A stretch of 64,000 bases of DNA, taken from positions 30,878,001-30,942,000 of the forward strand of contig NC_058368.1 in assembly GCF_018350175.1 (NCBI RefSeq), written 5' to 3'. The position numbers and the translations under genes were made by a program. Below, in pieces: positions 1 to 12,703 of this stretch (positions within the stretch are counted from its first letter, which is position 1; the number at the start of each line of letters is the position of its first letter). The notes under the pieces were generated by a model. That model was given only the letters and a program-made list of their open reading frames with translations. It did no database searches and was not told the origin of the DNA. Origin of the DNA: Felis catus (Eukaryota).

Positions 1-329
1 TCCATTAAAGTAAGATAATATCTTTCTCTGGAGCAAAGGACAGATGTGCATTATAAACTCTTTTAGTTCCCTAAGTTCAGTGTTCCTCTCCTATGATGCA
101 ATCCTCTGGCTTGTTATCTGGCATTCTTTGCATCACTTGCTTGGAATCGGGATTGGAGAAATGTGTGCAATGTGGACACTCTGGCTATTACTTTAGCTGT
201 GAGTGGTAAATTATTCTTTATCTCTGACCCAAGAGTCTCCCATCTTCTGCCAGCCTCCATGAAACTGTGAAGGCTAACTTTTTAGCTTGAAAGTAGGATA
301 AAATCTGAGATGCTTTACAGTTGTTGACA
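1..329 (+). mobile_element. 3' part of an old ERV1-class solo LTR (MER89/MER90/MER110-like)
   Basis: Ends ...ccatgaaactgtgaaggctaactttttagcttgaaagtaggataaaatctgagatgctttacagttgttgaCA, resembling the recalled U5 end of this LTR group; truncated by window start. Confidence 0.6.
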
Positions 330-1249
330 GTTAAATAAAATTCTTTTGGTTGAGGAGATGAAAGAACAGGTGTAGTGTATGAAGGCAAAAAGGAGAAATG
401 AGAAATACTGAGGTCTGTGTTTACTTTGTAGTCACCAAGAAATACATGTAAAGGGTTTTAGTTATTTTGGGGCTACCTCTGGAGGCATGATATATATGTG
501 TAGATCTATGTGTATGTGTTTTTTTTGAACTACAAGAACATTTCAGGAATGATTCAGTTCAGAGCTTTATAAGCATTACATGGGTATCTTCATTGGCATT
601 TTAATGTGGAGTTGAAGAAATTAAGGTATTATTAGCTGGGTACTTTCTTAAACTAAAAATGTCATGGTTCTATTTAATATTCAATTATAGTTTCAGTAGC
701 TCAGATTCTGTCTTCTTTCACTGTATCATTATCAGCTCAGCACTTTCTCAAAAGAAAAAAGAACTTAATCTCTCTCCAGAACTTATACATGTATACATGC
801 ATTGAGATTTCCTGTATCCTAGATCTACCAAAGGAATAAGAGTCCCTTAAACAGTATTTATTGAAAGACTATTGGTATATGCAATTAAATCAGTCACTTG
901 GAAATAATATAATAGGTTATTATCTCCTAGGGGTCTACAATCTAAAGAAGTTGTGATAAATTATCAGCATTAAAAGAATATACTAACATATTAAAACAGA
1001 GAGTTGAGAGTCATTATCACTCATTATGCATCCGACACTAAGAATGACTAAGATGAATTAGGCTAGAGGCTGTCAATGCCTTTGGATTTACCAATAACCA
1101 CTTATGCCACATTTAATGATTGATTTTTTAAGTGTTTTCAGAATTATAAGAAGATGAAACAGATAATTCTGTATGGAAAATTGAATACATTCAGTCTTTG
1201 AAAGCCATTTGTGTATACAGTTTAGTGAATTTTAAAAACACTTATTCAC

Positions 1250-1540
1250 CTAAAATATGTTTCCTCTCCCTGGAGCCTCTCCCTCCACCCACCTTCAGCC
1301 AACTGCCTTCTAATTCTTAGCTCCTTTTGGGCATCTCAGAGAAAATCTCTCCTTCCCCAAACTATCTTAGCCTTCTTCCCAGCTTCCAGAGTCCACTGTG
1401 CCTCCTACTATCATAGCATTTACCATGAGATGCTACCATTGCCACTTTATTTTTTGCTTTTTCTATTAGACCATAATATTCATGAAGGCAAGGATGTCTT
1501 GTATACCATTTAGATCCACAATATGTGTTTTTGAATTAGT
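1250..1540 (+). mobile_element. L2 LINE 3' fragment
   Basis: ...attagaccataatattcatgaaggcaaggatgtcttgt...atatgtgtttttgaatt resembles degraded L2 tail. Confidence 0.5.
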
Positions 1541-1589
1541 TACTCTGTAATTAAACAAAAGCCATGCTAAATGCCACGTGCTGTTGTAG

Positions 1590-1795
1590 ACTTAATCTGT
1601 GAACAGTAAAAGGGCATTAGTAGAAAAACTGATGTCTGAATAAAATCCATTAATAATAAAGTTGAGTTAATACTGTGTCAATGTTTTTTTTCTTAATTTT
1701 GATAAATATAACAGTTAAACAAGATGCTAACATTAGGGAAAGCTGCATGACAAGGATAATGCATCTAAACTAAAAAAAAAGTTTATTTAAAAATA
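1590..1795 (+). mobile_element. Old L1 (L1MC/ME-like) 3' end fragment
   Basis: gggcattagtagaaaaactga...ttcttaattttgataaat...gatgctaacattagggaaagctg...tctaaact followed by A-rich tail. Confidence 0.6.
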
Positions 1796-3899
1796 TGGGA
1801 ATAATAATAACAACAACTACTACAACTATTCTTACTGCTACTACTGTATCGTCAGATTGCATCCACAAAATTCCACAATCCGAATGGTCCTGCGCCTCAC
1901 CTGCTCTAGCTAGAAATGAAACACGTTGCAAGTTTCTGATCTAATCGTTTATTAAATACCACTGTTCCCCCACTGAATCTATCTGGCTGTGTGTAGAAAT
2001 ACTCAGGGGTGATGTACAAGTGATCACACACATTCTTGCCTCATGTTGTCTATCCTGGCAGCTCATGAGCTCTTGTCGTCCAAGTTTCGGAAGGAGTCCC
2101 CTGTCTCTGCCACTGATGCAGTTTCTGATGGAAGTCTGGGTCTCTAAAGGCCCAGGGATCAGTGCTGCTGCACTCTGCAGGTATTAAGAGAAGGCTCCTC
2201 TCACTCACTCCTTGCTGTTCTTTGGTATCTGCCGTAAACATGGTTCCGTCACTGCCCTTTCTTCTCCATAGAATGTCAGATCTGGTTCGGTAGTCTAACT
2301 AGTAAACTCATACCATTCCATTCCTCTGATTCAATTTGGGATACTTTTGACCTTCCTTTAGCCAGAAAATAATAAGCCCTAAGCCTTCAGTGTACCTGGA
2401 AATGGGCAGGGGCTCTGCTTGATATGCTCAGCTAGCCCACTGTGCTATGCGTTAACTTCCAAATCTAAGGTTAATAGGCAAGTGAAAGGAGATGCTAAAT
2501 TTAGACTTGACTGTGGCCTGGCCTTCAGACTGGACTCTGTCCACTTGGTCATCCTGACTGGAAAACTAATGACCATTGGCAACCATGTAATACGGTACCT
2601 ATCTGCCTGTCCAGATTGTCAGAGGGGAAGAGACCTCCTTGTCCACTTTAGGAACTCTATTCAAAAAGAAATTCTGTCTAGAACATGTTGTTGACTGTAG
2701 CTGTACACATTTTAAGGAGTTCCTGAAAACTAGTGTCTTCTATCCCTGAAAATAAAGATCAATAGAGGTAATTTTGGATGTATACTTGGAAAGCTTGAAA
2801 TAGCTCTGAGGTGAGTGTGGGTCATTTTCTACTTTCATGCATTTAACTGCTCTTGTCACATTCCTGTCAGTTTCTGCTGAAAGCTGAGAGCCTTTGCAAG
2901 TTTCTTGTTCCATAGACTCATGTGTGTTAGCTGAACAGGACAGTGCCTGATAGAACCTTGGTTAATTTCCAGAGCTAAGAACATGGGTGAATTTGGACAT
3001 CTAACTGGATATGGTCAGTGGACATAAAAAGTAATTCTTAAACCAACCTCTTTATGCATGTCTCAGCATTCTGTAGCTTAGTATTTCCCCTGGATTCATC
3101 CTACCATTCTTCATTCTTGGGTTATAATCACATTGATTTCTCTTATCAAAAGAATTTCCATTTGGAATAATGCCAAGGGATTTAATGAATATAATTTGTT
3201 CTTAATGCCTTTTCTAATTGCCCTGGTTTTCCTAATATTTTATTCCATGTTTCAAGAAATTAAGAGGTTGTTTTATTCCATTTACATATCATCTTATTTT
3301 TCAGTGTAAAGTTTTTCATGGCAAACATAAATAGTATACAAGGCCTGAAAAATGTAGAGTAAACACAAACAGGAGAATTCTGTGGCTCATCAGAGAAGGG
3401 ATGAGGATATTTAAATTGGAGCATGAATAAGAAATGAAAGAACTATATTATACCTGCTGTAAAATGACTAGAGTTTACCACACCTAACATATTGTTTGTA
3501 CTCAATAAATATTAAATATTAACATTTACCAAAACAACAGTGTAATGAACCAATATGTTTATGGAACATACAAAAAAAAAAAAAAGAAGAAAAATTGCCT
3601 CCTGCTATTTCATTCAATTTTGAATAAAGAGCCTATATTCATTTGCAGAACAAGTATTTAAGACTACAAAGGAAATTAAGGAAAAATAGATTTTTCCTCC
3701 AAATTAAAAATAAAAAGTAATGAAAACTAAATTGAATTAAACCTCCCTGTATGTCAAAATAAATCTATTTACTTTTCTTCCAAAATTATGTTTTAATCCT
3801 GACATTTTGAAGCTTTGCTCTTATATTTATTTCACATCATTCAACATTCTTATTCCCTAAAACTTCCCCTAAAGTTTTGAGATGCTTAACCAACCAAAG

Positions 3900-4110
3900 G
3901 CAGAGATATTCTGATTGCATTTCCCACCCCTCAATGCATATCAGAATCATCTGAGGATTTGTTTTCTTCTGTTTCAAATACAGGTTTCCAGAGCCCTCAC
4001 TTAATTTCTAAATTACAATCCCTGCCATTAGGGCACAGGAATCTGTTTTTTTTTTTTTTTCCATAAGTTCCCCAGGGATTTCTAATTCATTGTAATTTGA
4101 AAATGATTAC
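3900..4110. mobile_element. MER5-like hAT-Charlie MITE fragment
   Basis: catatcagaatcatctgagg...ggcacaggaatctgttttt...aagttccccagggattttctaat. Confidence 0.5.
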
Positions 4111-4181
4111 ATTTATTATTATTTTAAAAAGATTCAATGAATAGAGTCCCATAGTTATTAACAATTTAAAATCTGACAAAA

Positions 4182-4400
4182 GTGGCACTTGGGTGGCTCA
4201 GTAGGCGAGCCTCTGACTCTTGATTTTGGCTCAGGTCATGATCTTATGGTTGTGAGATCAAGCACTGCGTTGGCCTCTGCACTGAGTGTGGAGTGGAGCC
4301 TTTTTAAGATTCTCTCTCGCCCTCTTCCTCCCTCCCCCACTTGCTGTGTCTCTCTCTCTCTCTCTCTCTCTCAAAATAAACGTTTAGAAAAGTAAATAAA
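4182..4400 (+). mobile_element. Can-SINE (tRNA-derived)
   Basis: gtggcacttgggtggctcagtagg head, ggctcaggtcatgatc core, (CT)n, aataaa/A tail; degenerate TSD aaaatctgacaa / aaaatccaacaa. Confidence 0.95.
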
Positions 4401-4499
4401 ATCCAACAACAAAAAAACCCTCTCAGTATACTTTAAAATAATCCAAGTCCTTTTTACTTTTTTTTTCAGAAGAAGATAGACATTTCTCTAGGTGCCCAG

Positions 4500-4660
4500 C
4501 CTTAGAATCCAGAATAAGCCTTTGCTTTCCCCTTCACATGCAGGCAGCCCCTCGTTCCTACTGATTCTATTGTCCTAATGTCTTCCATATCAGTCCATTC
4601 CCTTCTGTTTTCCACTAATGCTGTCCTAACTGCGGTGATCATTATAGTTCTGCTTTGACC
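4500..4660 (+). mobile_element. L2 LINE fragment
   Basis: tgattctattgtcctaatgtcttccatatcagtccattcccttctgttttccactaatgctgtccta resembles L2 3' region. Confidence 0.45.
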
Positions 4661-6304
4661 CTTTTGATTTCCCTGTGCAGATAAGAAAATCCATAACTTT
4701 AGCTTGGCCAAGGGGTCCTTAGTAGTTTCCGCCCAGTGTTTCTCATTAGCTCTGTCTCTGAGTATTCATGTCACCTCAGCATGGCACGCTAAGCTGATTC
4801 TTTTCTTGTTTTATTTTTCTGTTAGATTTTGGTCTAAATTGTGCATGGGCAGTAGCATAAGAGACATTCCTGAGGACTGTGAGAGAAAATGTGATGTAGG
4901 AATTATTTAAATTTATATAGGAAGAGTAGGATTTTCTCCTATGAGGAGGAGATAGAGAAAAGCAGTTCTATGGATGGGGCCTCCAACACTTTATCCCTTC
5001 CACATCAGGGTCTCATCCTGGGTTGAACCTAGACCAGGTCAACAGCATTTTCCATCATAAATTCTATCTAATTATATTGAATATGTGTAATCTCAGAGAT
5101 ATTTCCAACAGTAGAACAGATTGAATCTGGCAAGTACATTTTGCGAAATCTGCCAAGTTCATCTATGACCTTGTGATTGGGTGCCGATGCCCTTCCACTG
5201 GATGCAAACTTGGGCCATATTTCTGCAGAATGTCATAGTTTTCTCAGATGTAGCATGGAATTCTTCTTTCCTAATCCTGACCCCAATATCTCTTGATATA
5301 TCTAAGTAAGTGTGGTTCTTATTTCCCGATTGTGTCAGCGATCAAATTTTTACATAGCATGATTGAAAATAAGGCACAAGTCTTCAACATATAACAATTT
5401 CTGACCAGAAATTCATAGGCCAAGTGAACTTAAAAAAGCAAAACAAAACAAAAAAACTGTGGCATTATCTTAAAACCCTTCATTTTAGATGAGAAATCCA
5501 GGGTATAGCCAAGCTCTGACTGGTAGCATGTTTTCTTACCTTTCAAATATTTTCTTTTGCTTAGGGCAAAAATTTTCTCTCACCCCTTCCCTCTGAGTCA
5601 GTAGTTACTGGAATGTTTACCTTCTTTTCTCTCCACCCCATCACAGTTATATACAGCTTCGCTTATGATTAACAACTGGGATGCTCTGAGATAGTAACAC
5701 TGATCTCTCTAATTATGGTACTTAAGCTCTCTTGTTTTAGGTTCTCAGAGAATACATCCTTTCTCTGTATACCTGTATCAAAACAAGCTTGCATAAAAAT
5801 GTAAACACTTGTCTACCTCATGCTACTGCTCCAGCATAATTTTCACTGTCAAGCATCATATTCTGCTTCTACCTAAGATGACTGACCACCTCCATTTGTC
5901 CGGAGAATGTATGTTTCCTAGAGTGGTCCCTTGAAATGAGGAATGTGGATCATGCTGCTTCTACCCTACCTTCTCTCTCCCTGCCACTGCTAATATCTGG
6001 TCATGGTTTGAAAAATAAGGTGGCTTTTCTTCATGTAGCCTCCTCATTCTTCCCACTCTTCTTTTGACACAGCTTAGGCAGAACCTTCAGGAATTTGTCT
6101 CTGAGCTCTTAAATCATTTGGTATAAAATGTGCTTTCCATATACTTGCAAGGCATGGATTGTAAGCTTCTTGACTGCAAGGTCCATATTGTTCCTCCAAG
6201 TGTCATTTAGGAGTTCAAGAAATATAGTTTGTAAATAAAGGAAAGAATTTCTGTCCTTGGAGGAAAAGTAGTACTCTTGGCCTCCATACTTTCTAGCATC
6301 GCGT

Positions 6305-6480
6305 TAGTGATAATAGCCTCCATGTAATGAGTACACAGTATGTCCCAGGCACTTTTCAACATGACCTTGTTTACTCTCCCCACATCTGTACGGTATCATT
6401 ATCCTGGAGGCAAGTGGAGCTGCTTATCCAAGGTCAGGGTGTTCATAAATACAAGTATACAGAGAGAGGTCCTGCCCTTC
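6305..6480 (-). mobile_element. MIR fragment
   Basis: taatagcctccatgtaatgagtacacagtatgtcccaggcact...tgcttatccaaggtca. Confidence 0.5.
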
Positions 6481-8259
6481 CTCTAAAACCTTCTGGATCA
6501 ATATGTTTAGGAAATCAAAATCACCCAGCTCTCAAAAATCTGCTACAGTATATGTGCTTTATAATATGGAACACCCCTAAGATAGTCTGGATAAACTCTA
6601 CCATTAAACACATGGCTGAATACACACAGCAAATGGCGTACAAGAAGGACTCACATCATTTCAGACTAGGTTTTGTTGCCAAATGTATTTTAGAAAAGAA
6701 AATTGCTTCTCTTTGAGATTTTATCTGGTGGTGGTGGGGTGGTCATGGACATGAGATGTATGTAGGATATGCACTCATGACTGTCTGACACGTGAGCTTA
6801 GGACCTCTGTGGTGTATTTCCTGCCAGTTTACTCTGCTTAACTGTCATGTTACATAGGCCGTTCATTTCCCGGCACCTTAGCTCTTATTCTGTGTATTTC
6901 CTGAAAAAGGAGCAACTTTTTCAACATTATAATATATTGTAAACAGATGGTCATGAAAATTATTTTTAAATATTTTTAAGTATTTTAACAGAGTTTTCTT
7001 ATAAATACTAAATGAATCGGAATGTGGTATTTCTGACATTGGCTAGATGTACCCAGGAGTTTTTGGAATTTCAATATCTTCTTCATCAATAATTATTTAA
7101 ACTGACAACTGCTATATAATAGTACTGTGCCATGTAATGGAATGTGTATTCTATAACTAATGGTTTCTTTGTTTAGTTTGGTGATTTCATATCCCCACGC
7201 ATAGATCTGTTAACATGAATTGTATCTTCAGAATATTTTGAGGATTTCCTTACATCCTTTGGGAAAACTTAGAGCTCCCTGGAGCCACAGTGAGCAGGCC
7301 TCATAAACCCGAGGATTGTCTAATACGTAGCTGAGCATATGTGGATGGTTTGTCATTGGAAAGCCCAAATGCAGATTTCGTTTAGATTGTTCTCATATTT
7401 TACTTTACTGTAACTGCTGCAGAATTTGTCATTTCATCAATCATATTTATTATGATTTCCTACCTTAAAATATTCTCCAGTTGATCTCCATTTGCTTTAA
7501 CTTCAATCCTGACTTTTTAGACCATTCCAGGGAAAATTAATACATCTTGATTAAGTAGTCATTAAAATAAAATGAGAAAACAATCCTTGAGAGAACTAGG
7601 TGGGATTATGTTGTGAAGGCTGGGTTATTTCCCTCGTTCATTCATCTTTGTCCTTGTAGCTCAGTCCTCAGTGAGTCTCCCCTTTTGTGTTTGGTAGTAA
7701 TGAGATTGTGGATAAAGGATGTAGGGGGTTGGAGTATGCAATAATGTTTACCGATTCTGATTTTGTGTGAAGGATGCTTATGTGGCCTTTAGTTTATTTA
7801 CATATTAAACATAAAAGTATTATATGTTAGAACTTAGGTATATGATAGTTATCATCTCTCTTAGCTAGAAAAACAAAAATGGCTCTTGACTATGCTCTTT
7901 ATTCTAGTTATATTTTTATTTGTTGTTACAGTTCTATATATAATAGATATACACTCACTTTTCACATTTCAGTAAGATATAAAAAATACATTCAGCCATC
8001 CAGTTGGTTTAAAATGTCCAGATGTTTGACCTCTTACAGACAAGCAGCCTCATTAAATTTCTCTTTTCCACTGGGATGTTTGTCATTGTTTTGACAACTT
8101 GTTGTAGAAGAACGTTACTTGTGAGGCCAGAAGATATAAAAATTGTCTTTAACTCATTTGCAAACTGCATGATGGTGGGCCCCTGAAATGGTATGGGGGG
8201 TATCTAACAGATTATAAAAAGTGGATTTGGCTAATGGAAATCAGAGCCAATACTCCAGG

Positions 8260-8600
8260 TATGTCCTTAAAGAGGTCCTTTATCTCTGTGCTTCAATTGC
8301 TGTGTCCATAAAATGGAGATAATAATGTCTAGCTTAAAGATTCTTGTGAAGGTTTACACTAACAATACTTGGAAAATACTCCATATAAGATATTTAATAA
8401 ATTCCCAGTAGGAGCTGATTCAGCATGAACCTGAGTCTCAGTCTCATCAGCTATAAAGTGGGAATAATAATTATTCTGGAGCTTCTACCTGCCCATGCTT
8501 AGCATTTGTCTTTGTTTTTTTCTTATTCCCTTTATAGAGTGTATATGAGGATGAAATCATGTACACTTTGTGAAATTATTTAATAGAGTTATAAAACCTA
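8260..8600 (+). mobile_element. Two MIR core fragments
   Basis: tctctgtgcttcaattg...cataaaatggagataataatg and ctgagtctcagtctcatcagctataaagtgggaataataa (MIR core). Confidence 0.6.
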
Positions 8601-8765
8601 TCTAAATGGAACATGTTAAGATGTAGCCTGTGTATTTTATTGTTTAAAGTCTTATTGTTCTACTTCTGTACTTTGTTCAATCTTTGTTTTCCAAATTTGA
8701 AATAGTTTTATGAGTTGGCAGTAGGCTATTGGGTTGTTCAATATGAAGGATGCTAGATAAAACCG

Positions 8766-8800
8766 TTTATTTTTCATGAAAAAATTTTTAATGTTTTATT

Positions 8801-8850
<50 letters not shown>

Positions 8851-9026
8851 GGAGAGAGAGAGAAAGTAAGTGAGGGAAGGGCAGAGAGAGAGGGAACCTG
8901 CTTCAGATTCTGAATCAGGCTCCTGGCTCAGCACAGAGTCCAATGCAGGTCTCGAACCCATGAACCTTGAGATCGTGACCTGAGCCAAAGGTGCATGCTT
9001 AACTGACTGAGCTGCCCAGGTGCACC
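8766..9026 (-). mobile_element. Can-SINE
   Basis: T-rich tail, long (GA)n, gagatcgtgacctgagcc, ends cccaggtgcacc; TSD tagataaaacc / tagatacaacc. Confidence 0.95.
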
Positions 9027-9799
9027 TAGATACAACCTTTTAAGCAGAAGTATTTTCTATGACACTTACCCAGCTCTGAAAGAGCAAATTTAGGAATTTT
9101 TTGTTGAGTTATTATATAGCCTCCAATTATTAAAATGCAAATAATATCAGAGTGGTAATGTTTTAGACATTTATGCGTTACTGCTTAACTATTTATTAGT
9201 TTAGAGACACTTGAGAATATTGATCTGGGTACGATTTAGGAGGCAGAGGAAAGGGTACTTAATAGGAAGGTGGGAGGGCCCCAAGGATAAACTTGATTAT
9301 CTTGAACTATGGAACAATAACTAATTTTCTTGTAGTATCCTTGCATTGGGTCTTCACTTGAAAACTTGCTTGACAATTATTTAGTAGCTGGTTTGTTGAA
9401 GTTTATTTTTTAATCAATTTCCAGATAGTGGTTCTACCAGGAAAGAATTATAGTCAGGATTTCCTATCTGTACTAAAAGCTATCCAAATTGATATTAAAA
9501 AAAGAAAAATCAGCCCTGCATACATTTTCCATACACTCTGTCTAGATGGATGACATTTTTTGAACCTAGTTGTGCCATCCAGTTAATGACACACACAAGT
9601 TCATTTTGAGACGATGTAGTTCTAATGCTGTCCTAATTCACAGAGGGAAGACATGATATTTCTACTTGTTATACTAGAAAGTAAATTAATTAAATGTGAT
9701 TTTAATGACTATTCTGGAATTTGTAATCCTAATGTTTTTCGGAATTGCCTAAGAATCCCTGAATTGCCAGCCTAGAATCTATGTTGAGTGACATACACT

Positions 9800-10000
9800 A
9801 TAGTGCATTGTGCACCAGGTTAGGAATTAGAAAACCCAATTTCTGATATTTTTCTAACACTGTCTTTTTTTTCATTTGCACAAATCATTTTATCTCAGTA
9901 AGTCTCAATTTGTACTACAGTTTAAATTCCCTTGCAGGCATTTGCTATGGAAAGATATTTTGAAAAATGTAAATTACCACACAAAAGCACTATATTATTA
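9800..10000 (+). mobile_element. MIR fragment
   Basis: ttaggaattagaaaacccaatttctg...caaatcattttatctcagtaagtctcaatttgt. Confidence 0.45.
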
Positions 10001-11074
10001 CATTTTTTTAGTGTTTAGATGTTTATAATAAGCTTGTATATTTTATACCTGCTTTATCTTGGCATTTAAATGCTTGCTTTATTGAAGCTGCTCACGTTCC
10101 CACCAACTCACTTCCCACTCCCCTCTAAAATTGTTGATTGAAGCGCCCATTACTATAACTCTCAGGCTTCTGTGTAAGTCAGTCTTGTTCTGATTCTAAC
10201 GGAGGGGATTTGTGAAGTTTCTTAGCTCAAGTTGTTTCAACATGGAAGTGATGGAAGGAAAGTTTGTTCGTGGCAAATTTTTCTAGTAATTGTATGAAGC
10301 ACTGCATGATCTTGGGACTGATGAGCCTGCCCGTGACCGAAATCTTCAGTCATTACCCACGCAAGTTTGGGAACAGGACTGACCCACCTTTATGGAAATA
10401 TTGGGCTTAGAGGGTAGCATTTGCACTTTCAGAAAGTCTCAGGTGATTCTCATTGACTCAGAAGTCATTACCTGCACCGTGCAGCCTCCGGTGCGACACC
10501 TGGGGTCCTGATGCTGCTACCGTCCCCTTCTGAAAGAACGTTGATGATCTGATCAGACTTTCTTCTGCATCTAACAGGTAAATGAATCATATTAAGTTTA
10601 CCCAAAAGGCGTTGATGTCAGATTTTTTCAACAATCTGAGACTAACATTGGCATTTGTCAGTTTGATGCCTGAAATGTTATTACGTTAAAATAATGAAGT
10701 AAATACTAATATACAAATATCTTTTATTGAATGATAATACACGATACTTTCATGTGAATTTTTATTCCTGGACCCTTGTAATAAATAAAGATTGGGTCTG
10801 TTGTCAACTATAGGTCCCATTGAAGTAATTTGTTTGTTTCTTTTTTGTATCAATAGAAGTTTGACTCTTTAAATCAAATAATTGCATTTTTATATAAAAA
10901 GTAAATTCTTACCTATTTCCTTAAAAAGTTTTAAATGAAAAAAAACCAAATTATTTCCTTTAGGCAGGGGTTGTTTTTTCGTCTTGATCTGATCCTATAA
11001 CTAGTAAAATAGGCTGCTGCTGATACCATTCTTCTCTTACTTATCTTTGATAACCAGCACCTACATACATCCGT

Positions 11075-11401
11075 CATATTTGTGAAATCCCTAACATTAT
11101 CAGGTAAAACTCATCTTCTTTTCTGAAATTCAAAAATGCCAGATACTTAATTTTCTAGACTAACCTTGCAACTAAAATATGAATCTGTGACCTGCTCTCC
11201 ATCAGTAAGATATGTCCACTCCAGATTTTGAATGTGCCCCTGGTGACACAGAGAAGCAAGCACTAAGGAATTGAGTTTTGGAGGCAACAGGGATATTCAA
11301 TATCCGTATTCAGTAGCAGTGATAGCTCTGGTGGTAGCCTCCTGTGACCAGTATTTCCAGAATCAGTGGGAAAACCATGGCCTTTGTCTACTGATTTTGG
11401 G

Positions 11402-11432
<31 letters not shown>

Positions 11433-11605
11433 CCCTAGGATCACTTTTGTTTGGAGTTAGTGAATTAGTCCTAATTGAGTATTCTTCAAGATTTTTTTAT
11501 AGATTGAACGAGTTACACACATAACATTTAACAAGTAGTTTCCCTTTCTGTTTAATTATCTAAATTTGATTTATTTTCTTAAAAGTTAAGATGCTTAATC
11601 TTACA
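11075..11605 (+). mobile_element. ERVL solo LTR (LTR33-like)
   Basis: ttgcaactaaaatatgaatctgtgacctgctctccatcagtaagatatg...; end tttccctttctgtttaattatctaaatttgat...gatgcttaatcttaCA. Confidence 0.5.
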
Positions 11606-11814
11606 GATGCACAATTTTCTGCAGCATCCTCCTGAAGTTTAATGTCTGTAAAGGCTTTCATACTTGATGTGTCCTGTTGATGGTGGTTTAAATCACTCTC
11701 ATGCAGTCCTCACTGGCCTGAGTTCTTTATTACCCCCCTCAGCTTGGCCGCTGCTTCATGTGAGGAGAGGAAAGATTTTTAAATATTTCTATATTTTAAC
11801 AGCTTTGTTCTTTT

Positions 11815-12703
11815 CTTTCTGGTGGCAGAGAATGTGAGCTATCAATCCGCCATTTATGACTCGTGTGCACAGCTCCATTTCCCAGCCGCCTTTGCAGGCA
11901 GGTATAGGAAGTTTCTAAATTCTCTCTAATGAAATATATATGTAATAAGCATTCAGTGACATGTGAATGGAAAATCTGAAAAACTCTTAACTGAGCTCCT
12001 TTATGCCATTTTGTCTTTTCTGCTGACCTTCCGACGTGAAGCCTAGTTTTAAAGATGGTAGAATGACCATCGACCTTGTAACCTGAATGGCAATTGTCCA
12101 AAAAGTTTTAAATTTCTCTTCAACTTGTCTAAACTTTAGACAGCCTTCTTCTGGTCTCTAGATTCATTACTACCCTTTTTTCAGAGCATTTACATTAGGA
12201 AACTTATAATTGTAAATTCTTTTTTTTTCTTTGCCTCCTTGAAATGTAAACTTTTAAAATATTTTTTTTTGACAGTTTTACAACCCAGGGTTGTCTTTCT
12301 CAAGGACGAGGGGGCCATCTTTCTGAAATGCAATCATAGAGGAACATAGAGCTGCCATCTACCAATTTCTGTGGGAGGTTAAGAGCCTAATTTCACCAAC
12401 TACATTCCTCCAGGTTGTAAAACTACCTCCTGTCCTGAGGACAAGATAAAGTTTACTTTTCCTTTGGGTAAAACCAATTAGCAAACACAGATGGTCTATG
12501 TTCCTCCACTCACCCAATTCTCAAAACACCTTTTGTTTGAGCAGAGTTGAGTTCAAAGTGCATTTTGATCTCTTTCCCCAACAATAAGAAAAGTGCCTTA
12601 TTGCCCTGTATCAACACCATGACTGAAAAAGAAACTTCTACTGTATTTAGACACTGAGATTTTGGAGTCTACTGAAAGAGGCAAGCAAACCCTAACTATT
12701 ATA
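11815..12703 (+). mobile_element. MaLR (MLT1H/I/J-like) 5' LTR, split by a nested ERV1 LTR
   Basis: tggtggcagagaatg...catttcccagccgcctttgcagg (5' half); aaagaaacttctactgtatttagacactgagatttggag...ccctaactattata (3' half). Confidence 0.65.
12071..12616 (+). mobile_element. ERV1-class solo LTR (MER34/MER39-like)
   Basis: cagagcatttacattaggaaactt, cagttttacaacccaggg, gtaaaactacctcctgtc, ccaattagcaaacacagatgg; ends ...tcaaCA; 4-bp flanking repeat ccat at 12067-12070 and 12617-12620. Confidence 0.75.

Noticed and set aside
6327..6716. 129-aa ATG ORF
   Set aside because: Starts inside a MIR fragment, has no recognisable domain, and its length is compatible with chance in 64 kb
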